From NCBI GenBank assembly GCA_021618535.1, contig JAJWAL010000001.1:5503-69502 (forward strand): a DNA stretch of 64,000 nucleotides, read 5' to 3'. A program made the position numbers and the translations under genes. Positions 1 to 10,437 of this stretch are shown here, piece after piece. Under the pieces are notes generated by a model. The model saw only the letters and a list, made by a program, of their open reading frames with translations, ran no database searches and was not told where the DNA came from. The DNA comes from Segatella copri. GTDB taxonomy: Bacteria > Bacteroidota > Bacteroidia > Bacteroidales > Bacteroidaceae. Within the stretch, counting starts at the first letter, position 1; every line of letters starts with the position of its first letter.

Positions 1-242
1 AATACAATCCATGAGAGCGTTACTACGAGATAGGCATCACGGCGCGACATCGAGTTGTCTGCTCCGTGTCCTCGCCATTTCAGCACCAGTCCGCCTCCGA
101 TGGTGGTAAGTGTTGCCACAATGAAGGCAAAGATGTCGTCCTGCTGGTAGTAGAAAGCTACCAGCAGACTGACGAAGAGCAGGAATGCTTCTATGAAAAG
201 CAGTTGCCCTAAAATCTTATATATTAATTTTCTGTTTATCAT
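1..242 (-). CDS. trkH: Trk potassium uptake membrane protein, 5' part (runs off window)
   Basis: Manual translation from ATG at 242: MINRKLIYKILGQLLFIEAFLLFVSLLVAFYY...SRRDAYLVVTLSWIV, a hydrophobic TrkH-like N-terminus directly downstream of trkA. Confidence 0.85.
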   Translation of the reverse strand, partial: MINRKLIYKILGQLLFIEAFLLFVSLLVAFYYQQDDIFAFIVATLTTIGGGLVLKWRGHGADNSMSRRDAYLVVTLSWIV

Positions 243-272
243 ATATGAAGTATTTCTCTATCTCCTTCACGC

Positions 273-1616
273 TTAGATGAAGTATTTCTCAATTTTCTTC
301 ATGTTGATGTTGTGGCAGAAAACCATCACCGAGTCGCCCGGTTCTATCTGTGTATTACCCGAAACGAGCATTCCTTCTTCACCGCGAACCAGTCCACCGA
401 TGGTTACACCGATAGGCATGCCGAGTTCCTTCACCGGTTTCTTGGTTACCTTCGAACCTTCTTTGGCTATAAACTCAGCTACATCGGCGTTAGCGCTCAT
501 CAGGAATCTCACGTTCATCACGTCTGCATCGAGCATCATCTGGTAGATGTAGCTGGCGGCAATCATCTTCTTGTTGATGATGGTACCGATATCCAGACTC
601 TCTGCCATGCTCACGTAGTCTACGTTTTCTACGGCAGCCACCGTCTTGCGCACACCCATTCTCTTGGCGGTAAGACAGGCCAAAATATTGGTTTCGGCGT
701 TACCGGTCAGTGCCACGAAGGCTTGCGTACTGCGGATACCTTCTTCTACGAGCAGCGGAATGTCGCGTCCGTCACCATGAATGATGAGCGTCTTGTTCTC
801 ATCGAGAATATCGTTGAGATATTCGCAGCGCTCCTCGCTCATCTCGATAATCTTGCATTCCATATATTCCGGCATCTTCTTTACGGCTCTTACGGCTGTG
901 CGTCCGCCACCCATAATCATCACGTTCTTCACATCCACATAGTGCTCCTTGCCTACAATCTTGCGGATATATGGGATATAGTTGCGGGTGGTCATGAAGT
1001 AGGCGAGGTCGTAGAGTTTCAGCTCGTCGTTACCGCCAGGGATGATGGTATCGCTGCCTCGCTTGATGGCTACCACGTGGTATGGGTCGTTAGGACCGCT
1101 GATGTTCTTGAGCGGTTCGTTCAGTATCTCGCATCCTTCGCGCAATTTGATGCCGAGCATGACGAGCGCGCCGTCGTGCACATCCCAGCGCTGACGTACC
1201 CAACTCATTTTCAGTCCGTTATTGATATCTACGGCTGCGAGCATCTCCGGATAAATCAGTTTGCTGATACCTAATCCTTTGAAGAATTCCTGAGCCTGCT
1301 GATCCATATATTCCGGATTATCCACACGGGCCACCGTTCTTTTGGCACCCAGGTTCTTGGCAAGGATGCTAGCTGTGATGTTGGTACTTTCTACCGGAGT
1401 AACGGCGATGAAGAGGTCGGCATCTGCTACCCCCGCATCGCGTAAGATGTGAAGACTGGTAGGCTTGCCCAGCATGGTGAGCAGGTCGCAGTCGGAGCCA
1501 ATGCTTGCCAGGCGCTCTTCGCTTTCATCGATGAGCGTAATCTCTTCATTGCTGCGTGACAGGAGTCTCGCCAGATGAGTACCTATGGCATATGCGCCAG
1601 CTATGATTATTTTCAT
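273..1616 (-). CDS. trkA: Trk system potassium uptake NAD-binding protein
   Basis: 447 aa, two RCK/Rossmann starts ([22 protein letters not shown]); adjacent to trkH. Confidence 0.95.
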   Translation of the reverse strand: MKIIIAGAYAIGTHLARLLSRSNEEITLIDESEERLASIGSDCDLLTMLGKPTSLHILRDAGVADADLFIAVTPVESTNITASILAKNLGAKRTVARVDNPEYMDQQAQEFFKGLGISKLIYPEMLAAVDINNGLKMSWVRQRWDVHDGALVMLGIKLREGCEILNEPLKNISGPNDPYHVVAIKRGSDTIIPGGNDELKLYDLAYFMTTRNYIPYIRKIVGKEHYVDVKNVMIMGGGRTAVRAVKKMPEYMECKIIEMSEERCEYLNDILDENKTLIIHGDGRDIPLLVEEGIRSTQAFVALTGNAETNILACLTAKRMGVRKTVAAVENVDYVSMAESLDIGTIINKKMIAASYIYQMMLDADVMNVRFLMSANADVAEFIAKEGSKVTKKPVKELGMPIGVTIGGLVRGEEGMLVSGNTQIEPGDSVMVFCHNINMKKIEKYFI

Positions 1617-3505
1617 TTCTTAATTGCTTCTTTGATTGATTCTTTATCGAGATGCACGATTTCTCTGAGCTGTGCCACGGTTCCGTGTTCCACAAACTCA
1701 TCTGGCAATCCCATTCGGGTCATCTTTGGCTGATAGTCATGGTCGTTCATCCATTCCAGTACGGCTGAGCCCATACCGCCCATACGAACGCCGTCTTCGA
1801 TGGTGATGATGCGGCTGAACTTTTCGCCCACCTCTTTCAGAATGTCTTCATCGAGTGGCTTGAGGAATCGCATATCGTAGTGGGCGATGCTCATTCCGGT
1901 TTCGGCTTCTACCTCAGCGATAGCCTGAGCGGCATCGTTTCCGATAGGACCGATGGTAAGAACGGCTACATCGGTGCCGTCTTTCAGCTTTCTGCCGGTA
2001 CCGGTCTTGATTTCCTCCATCGGGTTGCGCCAGTCTACGAGCACACCCTTGCCTCTCGGATAACGGATTACATAGCTGCCATGACCTGGCAACTGGGCTG
2101 AATACATCAGGTTGCGCAACTCATGTTCGTTCATCGGAGATGCGATGGTGAGATGCGGAATTGGACGGAGAGCCGCCATATCGAAGGCACCATGATGGGT
2201 TGGTCCGTCTTCACCTACCAGTCCGGCACGGTCAAGACACATGATAACCGGCAGGTTGAGCAGTGCCATGTCGTGGATGATGTTATCGTAGGCACGCTGT
2301 GCAAACGAACTGTAGATGTTGCAGAAAGGAATCAGTCCGTCTTTCGCCATACCTCCTGAGAAGGTGACGGCATGCCCCTCGGCAATACCTACATCGAAGG
2401 TACGGTTTGGCATCGCCTTCATCATGATGTTCATGGAGCATCCTGTAGGCATGGCTGGCGTCACACCTACAATCTTCGGGTTCTTCTGAGCCAGTTCCAA
2501 CAGTGTCTCACCGAAAACATCCTGATATTTAGGAGGCTGGTTGCTGGTATCGGCAATGATTCTCTCACCCGTTTCCGGGTCGAATTTGCCTGGTGCGTGC
2601 CAGATGGTAGCACTCTTCTCGGCTGGTTCGTAACCCTTTCCCTTGGTGGTATGCAGGTGCAGCAGCTTAGGTCCCTTCATGTTCTTAAGCTGTTTGAGCA
2701 CTCTTGCCACTTCCTTCACGTCATGACCGTCGAAAGGTCCGAAGTAGCGGATATTCATACCCTCGAAGATGTTCTGCTGATGACTCAGTGCCGATTTCAG
2801 CGCATTGTTCAGACGCAGGATGCCCTTCTTGCGGTCTTCGTTGAGATAGCCTTTGGAGTGCAGCCACTGCGATGCCTTGAAACGGAGGCGGTTGTAGGTC
2901 TCGTTGGTATCGAGGTTCAGGAGATATTTCTCCATACCGCCCACTGCCCGGTCGATGCTCATATCGTTGTCGTTCAGGATGATAAGCATGTCGTTAGGTG
3001 TACTTGATACGTTGTTCAGTCCCTCGAAAGCCAGTCCGCCGCTCATGGCTCCATCGCCAATGACGGCTACCACGTGCCTGTCGGTATCTCCGTTTTCGCG
3101 TGCGGCAACGGCCATACCGAGTGCAGCGGAGATGGAATTGCTCGCATGTCCGCAGGCGAAGGTATCATATTCGCTTTCTAAAGGTGTAGGGAATGGACGG
3201 ATGCCGTGCAACTTGCGGTTGGTGCAGAAGTTGTCGCGGCGCCCTGTTAATATCTTATGTCCGTAGGCCTGATGTCCCACATCCCATACAATACGGTCGT
3301 ATGGGGTGTTGTATATATAATGTAGGGCTACGGTTATTTCAACCACGCCAAGAGAGGAGGCAAAATGACCGGGGTTGACGGCAACCTCGTCGATAATGTC
3401 TTCTCTTAACTCTTTGCAGACTTGTGGCAGCTGGTCAATACTCAGCCGTCTCAAATCTTCCGGGTATTTTATACTATTTAATAGACTAAACTTGTTCTTG
3501 TCCAT
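1613..3505 (-). CDS. dxs: 1-deoxy-D-xylulose-5-phosphate synthase
   Basis: [11 protein letters not shown]-binding [23 protein letters not shown] motifs; 4-nt overlap with trkA. Confidence 0.97.
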   Translation of the reverse strand: MDKNKFSLLNSIKYPEDLRRLSIDQLPQVCKELREDIIDEVAVNPGHFASSLGVVEITVALHYIYNTPYDRIVWDVGHQAYGHKILTGRRDNFCTNRKLHGIRPFPTPLESEYDTFACGHASNSISAALGMAVAARENGDTDRHVVAVIGDGAMSGGLAFEGLNNVSSTPNDMLIILNDNDMSIDRAVGGMEKYLLNLDTNETYNRLRFKASQWLHSKGYLNEDRKKGILRLNNALKSALSHQQNIFEGMNIRYFGPFDGHDVKEVARVLKQLKNMKGPKLLHLHTTKGKGYEPAEKSATIWHAPGKFDPETGERIIADTSNQPPKYQDVFGETLLELAQKNPKIVGVTPAMPTGCSMNIMMKAMPNRTFDVGIAEGHAVTFSGGMAKDGLIPFCNIYSSFAQRAYDNIIHDMALLNLPVIMCLDRAGLVGEDGPTHHGAFDMAALRPIPHLTIASPMNEHELRNLMYSAQLPGHGSYVIRYPRGKGVLVDWRNPMEEIKTGTGRKLKDGTDVAVLTIGPIGNDAAQAIAEVEAETGMSIAHYDMRFLKPLDEDILKEVGEKFSRIITIEDGVRMGGMGSAVLEWMNDHDYQPKMTRMGLPDEFVEHGTVAQLREIVHLDKESIKEAIKK

Positions 3506-3683
3506 GTTTTCTTCGTGAAAATCTTGTGCAAAGATAATGCTTTTTTCCTATATATGGCACTTTTGAGGCAATATTTTCGCTTTTTCCGATTATTCTTTGT
3601 ATTTTTGCAAAGGAAATTTCAGAAAAAGGAATGAAATCCGGAACTAGTTGTATAACAATAAGCAAATAAATACCTTTATCGTG

Positions 3684-5090
3684 ATGAGAAAAAACGTATT
3701 ACTTTTGGGAGCCATGATGATGGCTTCAATGTCTCTGATGGCGCAGACCAAGGGTGGCGGCATCAGTCAGTCTGCTCTCCAGCAGATGGAGAAAAGCCAG
3801 CAGGCAGGTGTAGCCAACAAGGCACTCTTCAATGCGATTGCCAACAACAGCATTGATGACCTTGTGAAGAATCATGCCAACGAGGCCCCGGTTGATACTC
3901 ATTTCAGCATCGAGACTCCTTCGCAGAGCATTCACAACCAGAAGAGTTCGGGCCGTTGCTGGATGTTCAGCGGTTTCAATGTACTCCGTTCTAACTTTGC
4001 TGTCAACGACAAGCAGGGTAGAGTGGTGGAGTATTCTCAGGATTATCTCTTCTTCTATGACCAGCTGGAGAAGGCTAACCTGATGCTTCAGGGTGTTATC
4101 GACCTTGGCAAGAAGAGCATCGAGGATCCTCAGGTGCAGTTCTTCTTCAAGAATCCGCTCAATGATGGTGGTACTTTCTGTGGTGTTGCCGATTTGGCAA
4201 GCAAGTATGGTCTCGTACCTATGAGTGCCCAGCCTGAGACTTTCTCAAGCAACAATACTTCCAAGATGAGCCGTCTCGTAAGCAGCAAGCTCCGCGAGTA
4301 TGGTCTGGAACTCCGCAAGATGGTGGCTCAGGGTAAGAAGTCGGCAGCAATCCAGGCTCGCAAGAACGAGATGCTCGGTCAGGTTTATCACATGCTGAGT
4401 CTTACTCTCGGTGAACCGGTAAAGGAATTTACCTATGCTTTCCGCGACAAGGATGGCAAGCAGGTTGGCGAGGCGAAGAAGTATACTCCTAAGAGTTTCT
4501 ATGAGGAAACCGTAGGCAAGGACCTGAACGGTACCTTCCTGATGGTGATGAACGATCCACGCCGTCCTTACCACAAGACATACGAGGTAGAGTACGACCG
4601 CCACACTTACGATGGCCATAACTGGAAGTATCTGAACTTGCCTATGGAGGAGATTGCCCAGCTCGCCATCGCCTCTCTGAAGGACGGTCATAAGATGTAT
4701 TCAAGCTATGATGTGGGCAAGCAGCTTGATAGAAAGCGCGGCTATCTGGCACTCGACAACTTCGACTATGGAAGCCTCTTCAATACCTCATTCCCAATGA
4801 ACAAGGCTGACCGTATCGCTACTTTCGATAGTGGTTCTACTCATGCCATGACGCTGACAGCTGTAGATCTCGATGCCAATGGCAAGCCTGTAAAATGGAA
4901 GGTGGAGAACAGTTGGGGTGCCGACAATGGTTTTGCCGGTTGCTTCATCATGACCAACGATTGGTTCAACGAGTACATGTTCCGCCTGGTAGTAAACAAG
5001 AAGTATGCTTCTGGGCAGCTCTTGAAGGAATTCGACCAGAAGCCTACCATGCTGACTCCAGATGATCCTCTATTCCAGTTGGAAGACTAA
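3684..5090 (+). CDS. pepC: Secreted cysteine aminopeptidase C (peptidase C1B, bleomycin-hydrolase family)
   Basis: QKSSGRCW (catalytic Cys), THAM (His), VENSWG (Asn); signal peptide from ATG 3684 (ORF track opens at 3648). Confidence 0.9.
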   Translation: MRKNVLLLGAMMMASMSLMAQTKGGGISQSALQQMEKSQQAGVANKALFNAIANNSIDDLVKNHANEAPVDTHFSIETPSQSIHNQKSSGRCWMFSGFNVLRSNFAVNDKQGRVVEYSQDYLFFYDQLEKANLMLQGVIDLGKKSIEDPQVQFFFKNPLNDGGTFCGVADLASKYGLVPMSAQPETFSSNNTSKMSRLVSSKLREYGLELRKMVAQGKKSAAIQARKNEMLGQVYHMLSLTLGEPVKEFTYAFRDKDGKQVGEAKKYTPKSFYEETVGKDLNGTFLMVMNDPRRPYHKTYEVEYDRHTYDGHNWKYLNLPMEEIAQLAIASLKDGHKMYSSYDVGKQLDRKRGYLALDNFDYGSLFNTSFPMNKADRIATFDSGSTHAMTLTAVDLDANGKPVKWKVENSWGADNGFAGCFIMTNDWFNEYMFRLVVNKKYASGQLLKEFDQKPTMLTPDDPLFQLED

Positions 5091-5107
5091 TAATAAGAAT
5101 ATTCAAA

Positions 5108-5140
5108 GCCATATATGGTGTATCATGCGCCATATATGGC
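5108..5140 (+). terminator. Inverted repeat after pepC
   Basis: GCCATATATGGTG...CGCCATATATGGC stem; weak U-tract. Confidence 0.5.
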
Positions 5141-5177
5141 ATATTGTTTCTAGTAATCAACATAGAATTAGGTATAG

Positions 5178-5672
5178 ATGAATAAGCGGGAAGTTTTTGG
5201 GCATTTTTTCAAATCATATTATGGTCGATTATATTATTATGCGCTGCAACTCCTGAAAGATGAGGAGGCAAGCCGAGATATCGTGAGTGGCGTTTTTGCT
5301 CACGTATGGGAGAATTTCGACTCCTATGACATGCAAACCTTGCCAGCCTTCTTGCTTAAAACCGTGAAAAATAAGTGTTTAGACTATCTTCGGCATACAG
5401 CTGTTCATGCACAATATGCCGATTACTATCTTCATGCTGTAGATCAATGCTATGAAGATAATGATATCCAGAAAGAACGTCAGCGGCAAGTAGAAGAAAT
5501 GTTGGATTTGTTACCGGATACTACTCGTCATGTTTTGGAAGAATGTTATCTTAACCATAAGAAATATCGGGAAGTGGCAGATGAGATGAATGTCTGTCAG
5601 GAAACGGTCAAGCGCCATATCATAAAGGCCTTGAAACTGTTAAGAGAACATTATCATCAAATAAAAACTTGA
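5178..5672 (+). CDS. ECF RNA polymerase sigma-70 factor
   Basis: 164 aa; region 2 (DIVSGVFAHVWE, KNKCLDYLRH) and region 4 HTH (YREVADEMNVCQETVKRHI); upstream of FecR. Confidence 0.92.
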   Translation: MNKREVFGHFFKSYYGRLYYYALQLLKDEEASRDIVSGVFAHVWENFDSYDMQTLPAFLLKTVKNKCLDYLRHTAVHAQYADYYLHAVDQCYEDNDIQKERQRQVEEMLDLLPDTTRHVLEECYLNHKKYREVADEMNVCQETVKRHIIKALKLLREHYHQIKT

Positions 5673-5697
5673 AAATAATCAAAAGAATCTCAATTGG

Positions 5698-5729
5698 AGA
5701 TGTTACCATTTTGGTAGGTAAAACGTATT
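5698..5729 (+). promoter_or_regulatory. Candidate ECF promoter AGATGTTACC-N13-AAACGTATT upstream of fecR
   Basis: Identical bipartite motif with identical spacing at 6846-6877. Confidence 0.65.
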
Positions 5730-5752
5730 ATTTTTAGTAAAGAAATAGAAAT

Positions 5753-6721
5753 ATGATGAAGCAAACAGATATTTTTAATGATGAGAGTTTACAGAATGAC
5801 ATCCAAGACTTGGTTGCCATAGAACAGGCTATGATACGCAAAACATATCCTCTGCCAAACCTTGACAAGGAGTTGGAGAAGATAGTAGGCAAAGAAAATT
5901 CGGATGCCGAAGAGCCTGTGAAACATCAATATCCGATGATGAGAATGCTGATGAGTGCTCTGATGGGCGCTGCTGCTATGTTGGCGATAGTTTTTGTATG
6001 GCAGTGGGTGAACTCCAGGCAGACTATTGATGGAGCTACCGGAAATCGGATAACGCAAAATGTATCTTCTGAACAAGATATGACAATGCTTCAGACTGCA
6101 GATGGTGAGATGATTACTCTGACACTGGCTGATGGCACTGAAGTAAAGCTCAATAGTAATAGTAAGATTACTTATCCCCACTGCTTTAAGGGAGCAGAGC
6201 GTATGGTGCATCTTGAAGGAGAGGCATTCTTCAAGGTAAGGCACGACAGTAAGCGTCCTTTTGTGGTGGATGCAGGTGGTGTCTTGACCAAGGACTTGGG
6301 TACTTCTTTTAATATCAAGGCTTATCAGGGTAGTGACTGTAAAGTGACTTTGGTTGAGGGAAAGGTGGAAGTCCTGGCAAAGAACAGTCAGCATAAACCT
6401 GTGACATTGAATCCGGGACAGCAATATTCCTTAAGTGCAAAGGAGACTGTTTCTGGGCAGATAATTAATGTAAATACGGATGAAACTACCGCATGGGCAG
6501 ATGGTGTGCTCTATTATCACGACCAGACTTTGGAATACATCTTGGATAATCTTGCAGCATATTATCAGAGTAAGGTGGTATTTAGAAATCCTGCAGTCAA
6601 AACCAAGCATCTCGATTTCTCCGCAGATAAGAGTGGCAGTATAGAGGATGCTATAGGACTCTTGAATAATCTGGGAGTTGCAAAGGTTAGTTTTAAGGAA
6701 AATACTATATATATAGAATAA
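5753..6721 (+). CDS. FecR-family anti-sigma factor
   Basis: One TM segment, then TLADGTEVKLNSNS, LEGEAFFKV, LGTSFNI, TLVEGKV FecR motifs. Confidence 0.93.
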   Translation: MMKQTDIFNDESLQNDIQDLVAIEQAMIRKTYPLPNLDKELEKIVGKENSDAEEPVKHQYPMMRMLMSALMGAAAMLAIVFVWQWVNSRQTIDGATGNRITQNVSSEQDMTMLQTADGEMITLTLADGTEVKLNSNSKITYPHCFKGAERMVHLEGEAFFKVRHDSKRPFVVDAGGVLTKDLGTSFNIKAYQGSDCKVTLVEGKVEVLAKNSQHKPVTLNPGQQYSLSAKETVSGQIINVNTDETTAWADGVLYYHDQTLEYILDNLAAYYQSKVVFRNPAVKTKHLDFSADKSGSIEDAIGLLNNLGVAKVSFKENTIYIE

Positions 6722-6750
6722 GGTATTTAAGTAAATCTTGATGAATCGTC

Positions 6751-6798
6751 ACATCGGCATTTCTGGGAAATTATAATTCCTGAAAATGCCGATGTTTT
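6751..6798 (+). terminator. Intrinsic terminator between fecR and susC
   Basis: ACATCGGCATTT...AAATGCCGATGT stem followed by T-run. Confidence 0.7.
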
Positions 6799-6845
6799 AG
6801 TTTTATTTGTAAGAAAACAAACTTTTTTCATTATTTTTTGAAAGT

Positions 6846-6877
6846 AGATGTTACCGATTCGCTGTCAGAAACGTATT
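6846..6877 (+). promoter_or_regulatory. Candidate ECF promoter AGATGTTACC-N13-AAACGTATT upstream of susC
   Basis: Second copy of the motif at 5698-5729, lying just after the terminator. Confidence 0.65.
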
Positions 6878-6909
6878 TTTATTATAGTATTAACGAAAAA
6901 GAGAGAAAT

Positions 6910-9900
6910 ATGAAAGAAGTAAGATGTGTATTCATGTTTGCTGTCCTGACTTTATGGATGGCATTACCTGTAGGAGCACAGAATGCAAAGAGAGGCATCA
7001 CGATGTCGCTCGTTAATGAGTCTTTGGCTTCTGCATTGAGAAAAGTACAGCAGAAGTCGGATTATAAGGTGAGTTTTGTGATAGAGGACGTAAAGCCCTA
7101 TACCACAACGGTTCATCTGAAGAATGCTTCTGCCTCAACTGCCGTAAAGCAGATTTTACAGGGTAAACCTTTCACTTACTCAGTAAGTGGTAAGTTTATT
7201 ACCGTCAAGAAGGTTTTGCAACATAAAACTGCAGCTGAAGCTACAGATAATGGAGCTGCCATCCGCCCCCTCTCAGGAACAATTACCGATGAGGATGGAG
7301 AACCTATGATTGGCGCTTCTGTTGTAGTGCTTGGCAGTCCTTATGGAACCGTGACTAATACGGATGGTATTTTTGAGTTTTATATTCCTAAAGAATGTCA
7401 TGAGGTTACGGTTTCGTATGTCGGTATGAATGACCAGAAGGTAAAGGTGGCTGGTAGGGATCATGTGAAGATTGTGATGTCTGAAAATAAGACCATACTT
7501 GGTGAAGTGGTTGTAACGGGTTATCAGACTATCTCTAAGGAGCGTGCAACCGGTGCTTTTACCAAGGTAACAGCTGATGAACTGAAAGATAAGAGGTTGG
7601 GTAATCTCTCTACTGTGCTGGCTGGCGAGGTTGCCGGATATAATGACGGCATGATTCGTGGCGTAACCACGATGAATGCCTCTGCTTCTCCTCTCTATGT
7701 CATTGATGGCTTTCCAGTAGAGAAAACTAAGTTGACCGGCAATGGAACTGGTGATATTACCGAGGAAATCCCTGATTTGAATATGGATGATATAGAGAGT
7801 ATTACTGTTCTTAAAGATGCTGCAGCTGCTTCCATCTATGGTGCTCGTGCTGCCAATGGTGTCATTGTCATCACTACCAAGAAATCGGCAGCTAAGGGTA
7901 AGACCAATGTCTCTTTCAATGCTTCTCTTACCTGGCATCCTTATTCTTATTATACAGATTATCTCGCCAATTCTTCTCTTGTTATTGACTTGGAGAAGGA
8001 GTGGGCTGCGCAGAATCCGAATCTTGCAGGCAATGGAGCTAAGGTATACGCTCAGAATATGTTGGATCAGAAAATCTATACGAGCGCGGGTATCTGCAAT
8101 ATCTTGAATTATTATGCAGGCAATATCTCTGAGTCAGAAATGAATGCTAAACTGACTGATTTGGCTGGAAAAGGTTATAACTACTATGACCAGATGAAGA
8201 AGTATGCTAAGCGCGATCCGTTGTATCAGCAGTATAATATGAATATTGTAAACAACTCGGTGAATAATCTCTTCAAGGCTTCGGTCACTTATAAGTATAA
8301 TACCCTTGAAGATAAGTATTCCAATAATCAGAGTTTAGGTATCAACCTTACCAATACTTCTCATTTCACAAAATGGCTTTCTTTGGATTTAGGTGCTTAC
8401 CTAAAGGTGGGTGAGGATCAGACACAGAACTACAATGTCCTTTCTCCTGGATATTCTGTTTTGCCATACGATAATTTAGTGAATGCTGATGGCTCTTGTT
8501 ATACCAAGCCGATGAGTGAGAGATATGATGCAAGTACTTTGGCTATCTATCAGAAGTATGGTCTTTATAATATGGATATCACTCCTTTGGAAGAACTGGA
8601 TCGTCAGATTACCACAAACAAGGAGTTGGCTTTACGAACTTTTGGCCGTCTGAATGTACAGATTCTGCCCTGTTTGAAGTATGCTGCTTCCTTCCAGTAC
8701 GAACGAGCTTCATATCGTGGTGAAAACTGGGCTGATAAAGCTTCTGCGCAGGTTCGGGGTGTGGTAAACGGGTATGCAACCAATAATGGTGATGGCTCTG
8801 TCAATTATGTGATTCCTTATGGGGATATCTTGGTTCGTTCAGACCAATATACCTCTGCTTATAACTTCCGTCAGCAGTTGAGTTTTGATCAGACTTTCAA
8901 GGATGTTCACAGCGTAACTGCTATTCTGGGCACGGAAACCATCCAGAACAAGCAGGAATTGCATCGAGACAAACTGTTTAACTATGATTCTCAGATGTTA
9001 ACATCCAGTATGGTGAATAATGCTGATTTGTTGAAAGGTATAGCGGGTGTGCTGGGATATAAATCTATGACCGCGACTGATTTGTCTGCTTCTTATGAAA
9101 ATGTAAACCGTTATGTTTCGGTATATGGTAATGCTGCTTATACTTACGATGACCGTTATAGCTTGACTGGTAGTTTACGATGGGACCGCTCTAATCTCTG
9201 GGGAACCAGTTCGAAGTTTCAGAACAAGCCTATCTGGTCGGTAGGTGCCAGTTGGATTATCAGTAAGGAGAAGTTCTTCCACGCAGATTGGGTCAATTAT
9301 CTGAAACTCCGTGTTTCTGATGGTATTGCCGGTAACGTATCTAAGAATTCTGCCCCTTATATGGTGGCAAGCTATAATAATAACGGGCATGTGGGAGGTA
9401 CACAGGGATATGTGCAGTCGCGTGCCAATCCGATGCTGAGCTGGGAGAAAACCAATACCTTTAATATAGGTATCGATTTCTCGCTCTTTAAAAACCGACT
9501 CAATGGTACTGTAGAGTATTACGACAAGAAGGGTACCGACCTCCTGGCTTCTTCCATGGGTGTACCTACTGAAGGTTGGGGCTACAGCACCTATACCATC
9601 AACAACGGCGAGATGTACAATCGTGGTGTAGAAATTTCCCTGAGTGGTGAGGTTCTGCGTACCAGGGATTTCTCATGGAGAGCCAATATGACTTATGCTT
9701 ATAATAAGAATGAAGTGACTTATGTAAATGTAAAGGCGCCGGTTTATATTCTTCAGTTGGATTACCCTTCGGCTTATCCTATTATCGGCAACGAATATAA
9801 TGCAATCTATGGCTATAAGTGGGCTGGATTGAGTGAAGAAGGATTGCCACAGGTGTATAACGAGAATGGTGAGAAGGTAACTAATCAGCCAACGACATTG

Positions 9901-10434
9901 GATGCCATCTCTTACATGGGTACTACCACTCCTAAGTATAGTGGATCTTTCGGAACCAGTATCAGCTACAAGGATTTCGATTTCAGTATGCAGTTCCTTT
10001 TTGCGGGTGGTCATAAGATGCGCAATGCCAATCCTGCTTTCCTCACTTGCAGTTATTCCAGCGTAGGATATATCTCCAATATTGCGGGAGCTAGTGCCGG
10101 ACTTGCTAATCGTTGGCAGAAACCAGGTGATGAGGCTTATACCAATGTGCCAAAGGCTGTTTTTGCCGAAAGTGGTTTGTCAGCATCTTCTTTGTATAGT
10201 ACTTATTTTTATTCTGATATCAATATCCTTGATGCCAGTTATATTCGTCTGAACAACATTTCTCTGGCTTATCATTTGCCAAAGTCGCTGTGCCGTTCGC
10301 TCTATATGCAGAGTGCCCGTGTTCAGGCTAATGTGGAGAATCCGTTCTTCTGGGCAAAGACCAAACAGGCTAAGTACCAGCTGGGTGGTTATAATGCCAC
10401 CAACTATGTGTTAGGCATTTATCTCAACTTTTAA
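6910..10434 (+). CDS. SusC/RagA TonB-dependent outer-membrane transducer with N-terminal signalling (STN) extension
   Basis: Signal peptide from ATG 6910; plug motif DIESITVLKDAAAASIYGARAANGVIVITTKK; NPMLSWEKT; C-terminal Phe. Confidence 0.95.
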   Translation: MKEVRCVFMFAVLTLWMALPVGAQNAKRGITMSLVNESLASALRKVQQKSDYKVSFVIEDVKPYTTTVHLKNASASTAVKQILQGKPFTYSVSGKFITVKKVLQHKTAAEATDNGAAIRPLSGTITDEDGEPMIGASVVVLGSPYGTVTNTDGIFEFYIPKECHEVTVSYVGMNDQKVKVAGRDHVKIVMSENKTILGEVVVTGYQTISKERATGAFTKVTADELKDKRLGNLSTVLAGEVAGYNDGMIRGVTTMNASASPLYVIDGFPVEKTKLTGNGTGDITEEIPDLNMDDIESITVLKDAAAASIYGARAANGVIVITTKKSAAKGKTNVSFNASLTWHPYSYYTDYLANSSLVIDLEKEWAAQNPNLAGNGAKVYAQNMLDQKIYTSAGICNILNYYAGNISESEMNAKLTDLAGKGYNYYDQMKKYAKRDPLYQQYNMNIVNNSVNNLFKASVTYKYNTLEDKYSNNQSLGINLTNTSHFTKWLSLDLGAYLKVGEDQTQNYNVLSPGYSVLPYDNLVNADGSCYTKPMSERYDASTLAIYQKYGLYNMDITPLEELDRQITTNKELALRTFGRLNVQILPCLKYAASFQYERASYRGENWADKASAQVRGVVNGYATNNGDGSVNYVIPYGDILVRSDQYTSAYNFRQQLSFDQTFKDVHSVTAILGTETIQNKQELHRDKLFNYDSQMLTSSMVNNADLLKGIAGVLGYKSMTATDLSASYENVNRYVSVYGNAAYTYDDRYSLTGSLRWDRSNLWGTSSKFQNKPIWSVGASWIISKEKFFHADWVNYLKLRVSDGIAGNVSKNSAPYMVASYNNNGHVGGTQGYVQSRANPMLSWEKTNTFNIGIDFSLFKNRLNGTVEYYDKKGTDLLASSMGVPTEGWGYSTYTINNGEMYNRGVEISLSGEVLRTRDFSWRANMTYAYNKNEVTYVNVKAPVYILQLDYPSAYPIIGNEYNAIYGYKWAGLSEEGLPQVYNENGEKVTNQPTTLDAISYMGTTTPKYSGSFGTSISYKDFDFSMQFLFAGGHKMRNANPAFLTCSYSSVGYISNIAGASAGLANRWQKPGDEAYTNVPKAVFAESGLSASSLYSTYFYSDINILDASYIRLNNISLAYHLPKSLCRSLYMQSARVQANVENPFFWAKTKQAKYQLGGYNATNYVLGIYLNF

Positions 10435-10437
10435 ATA

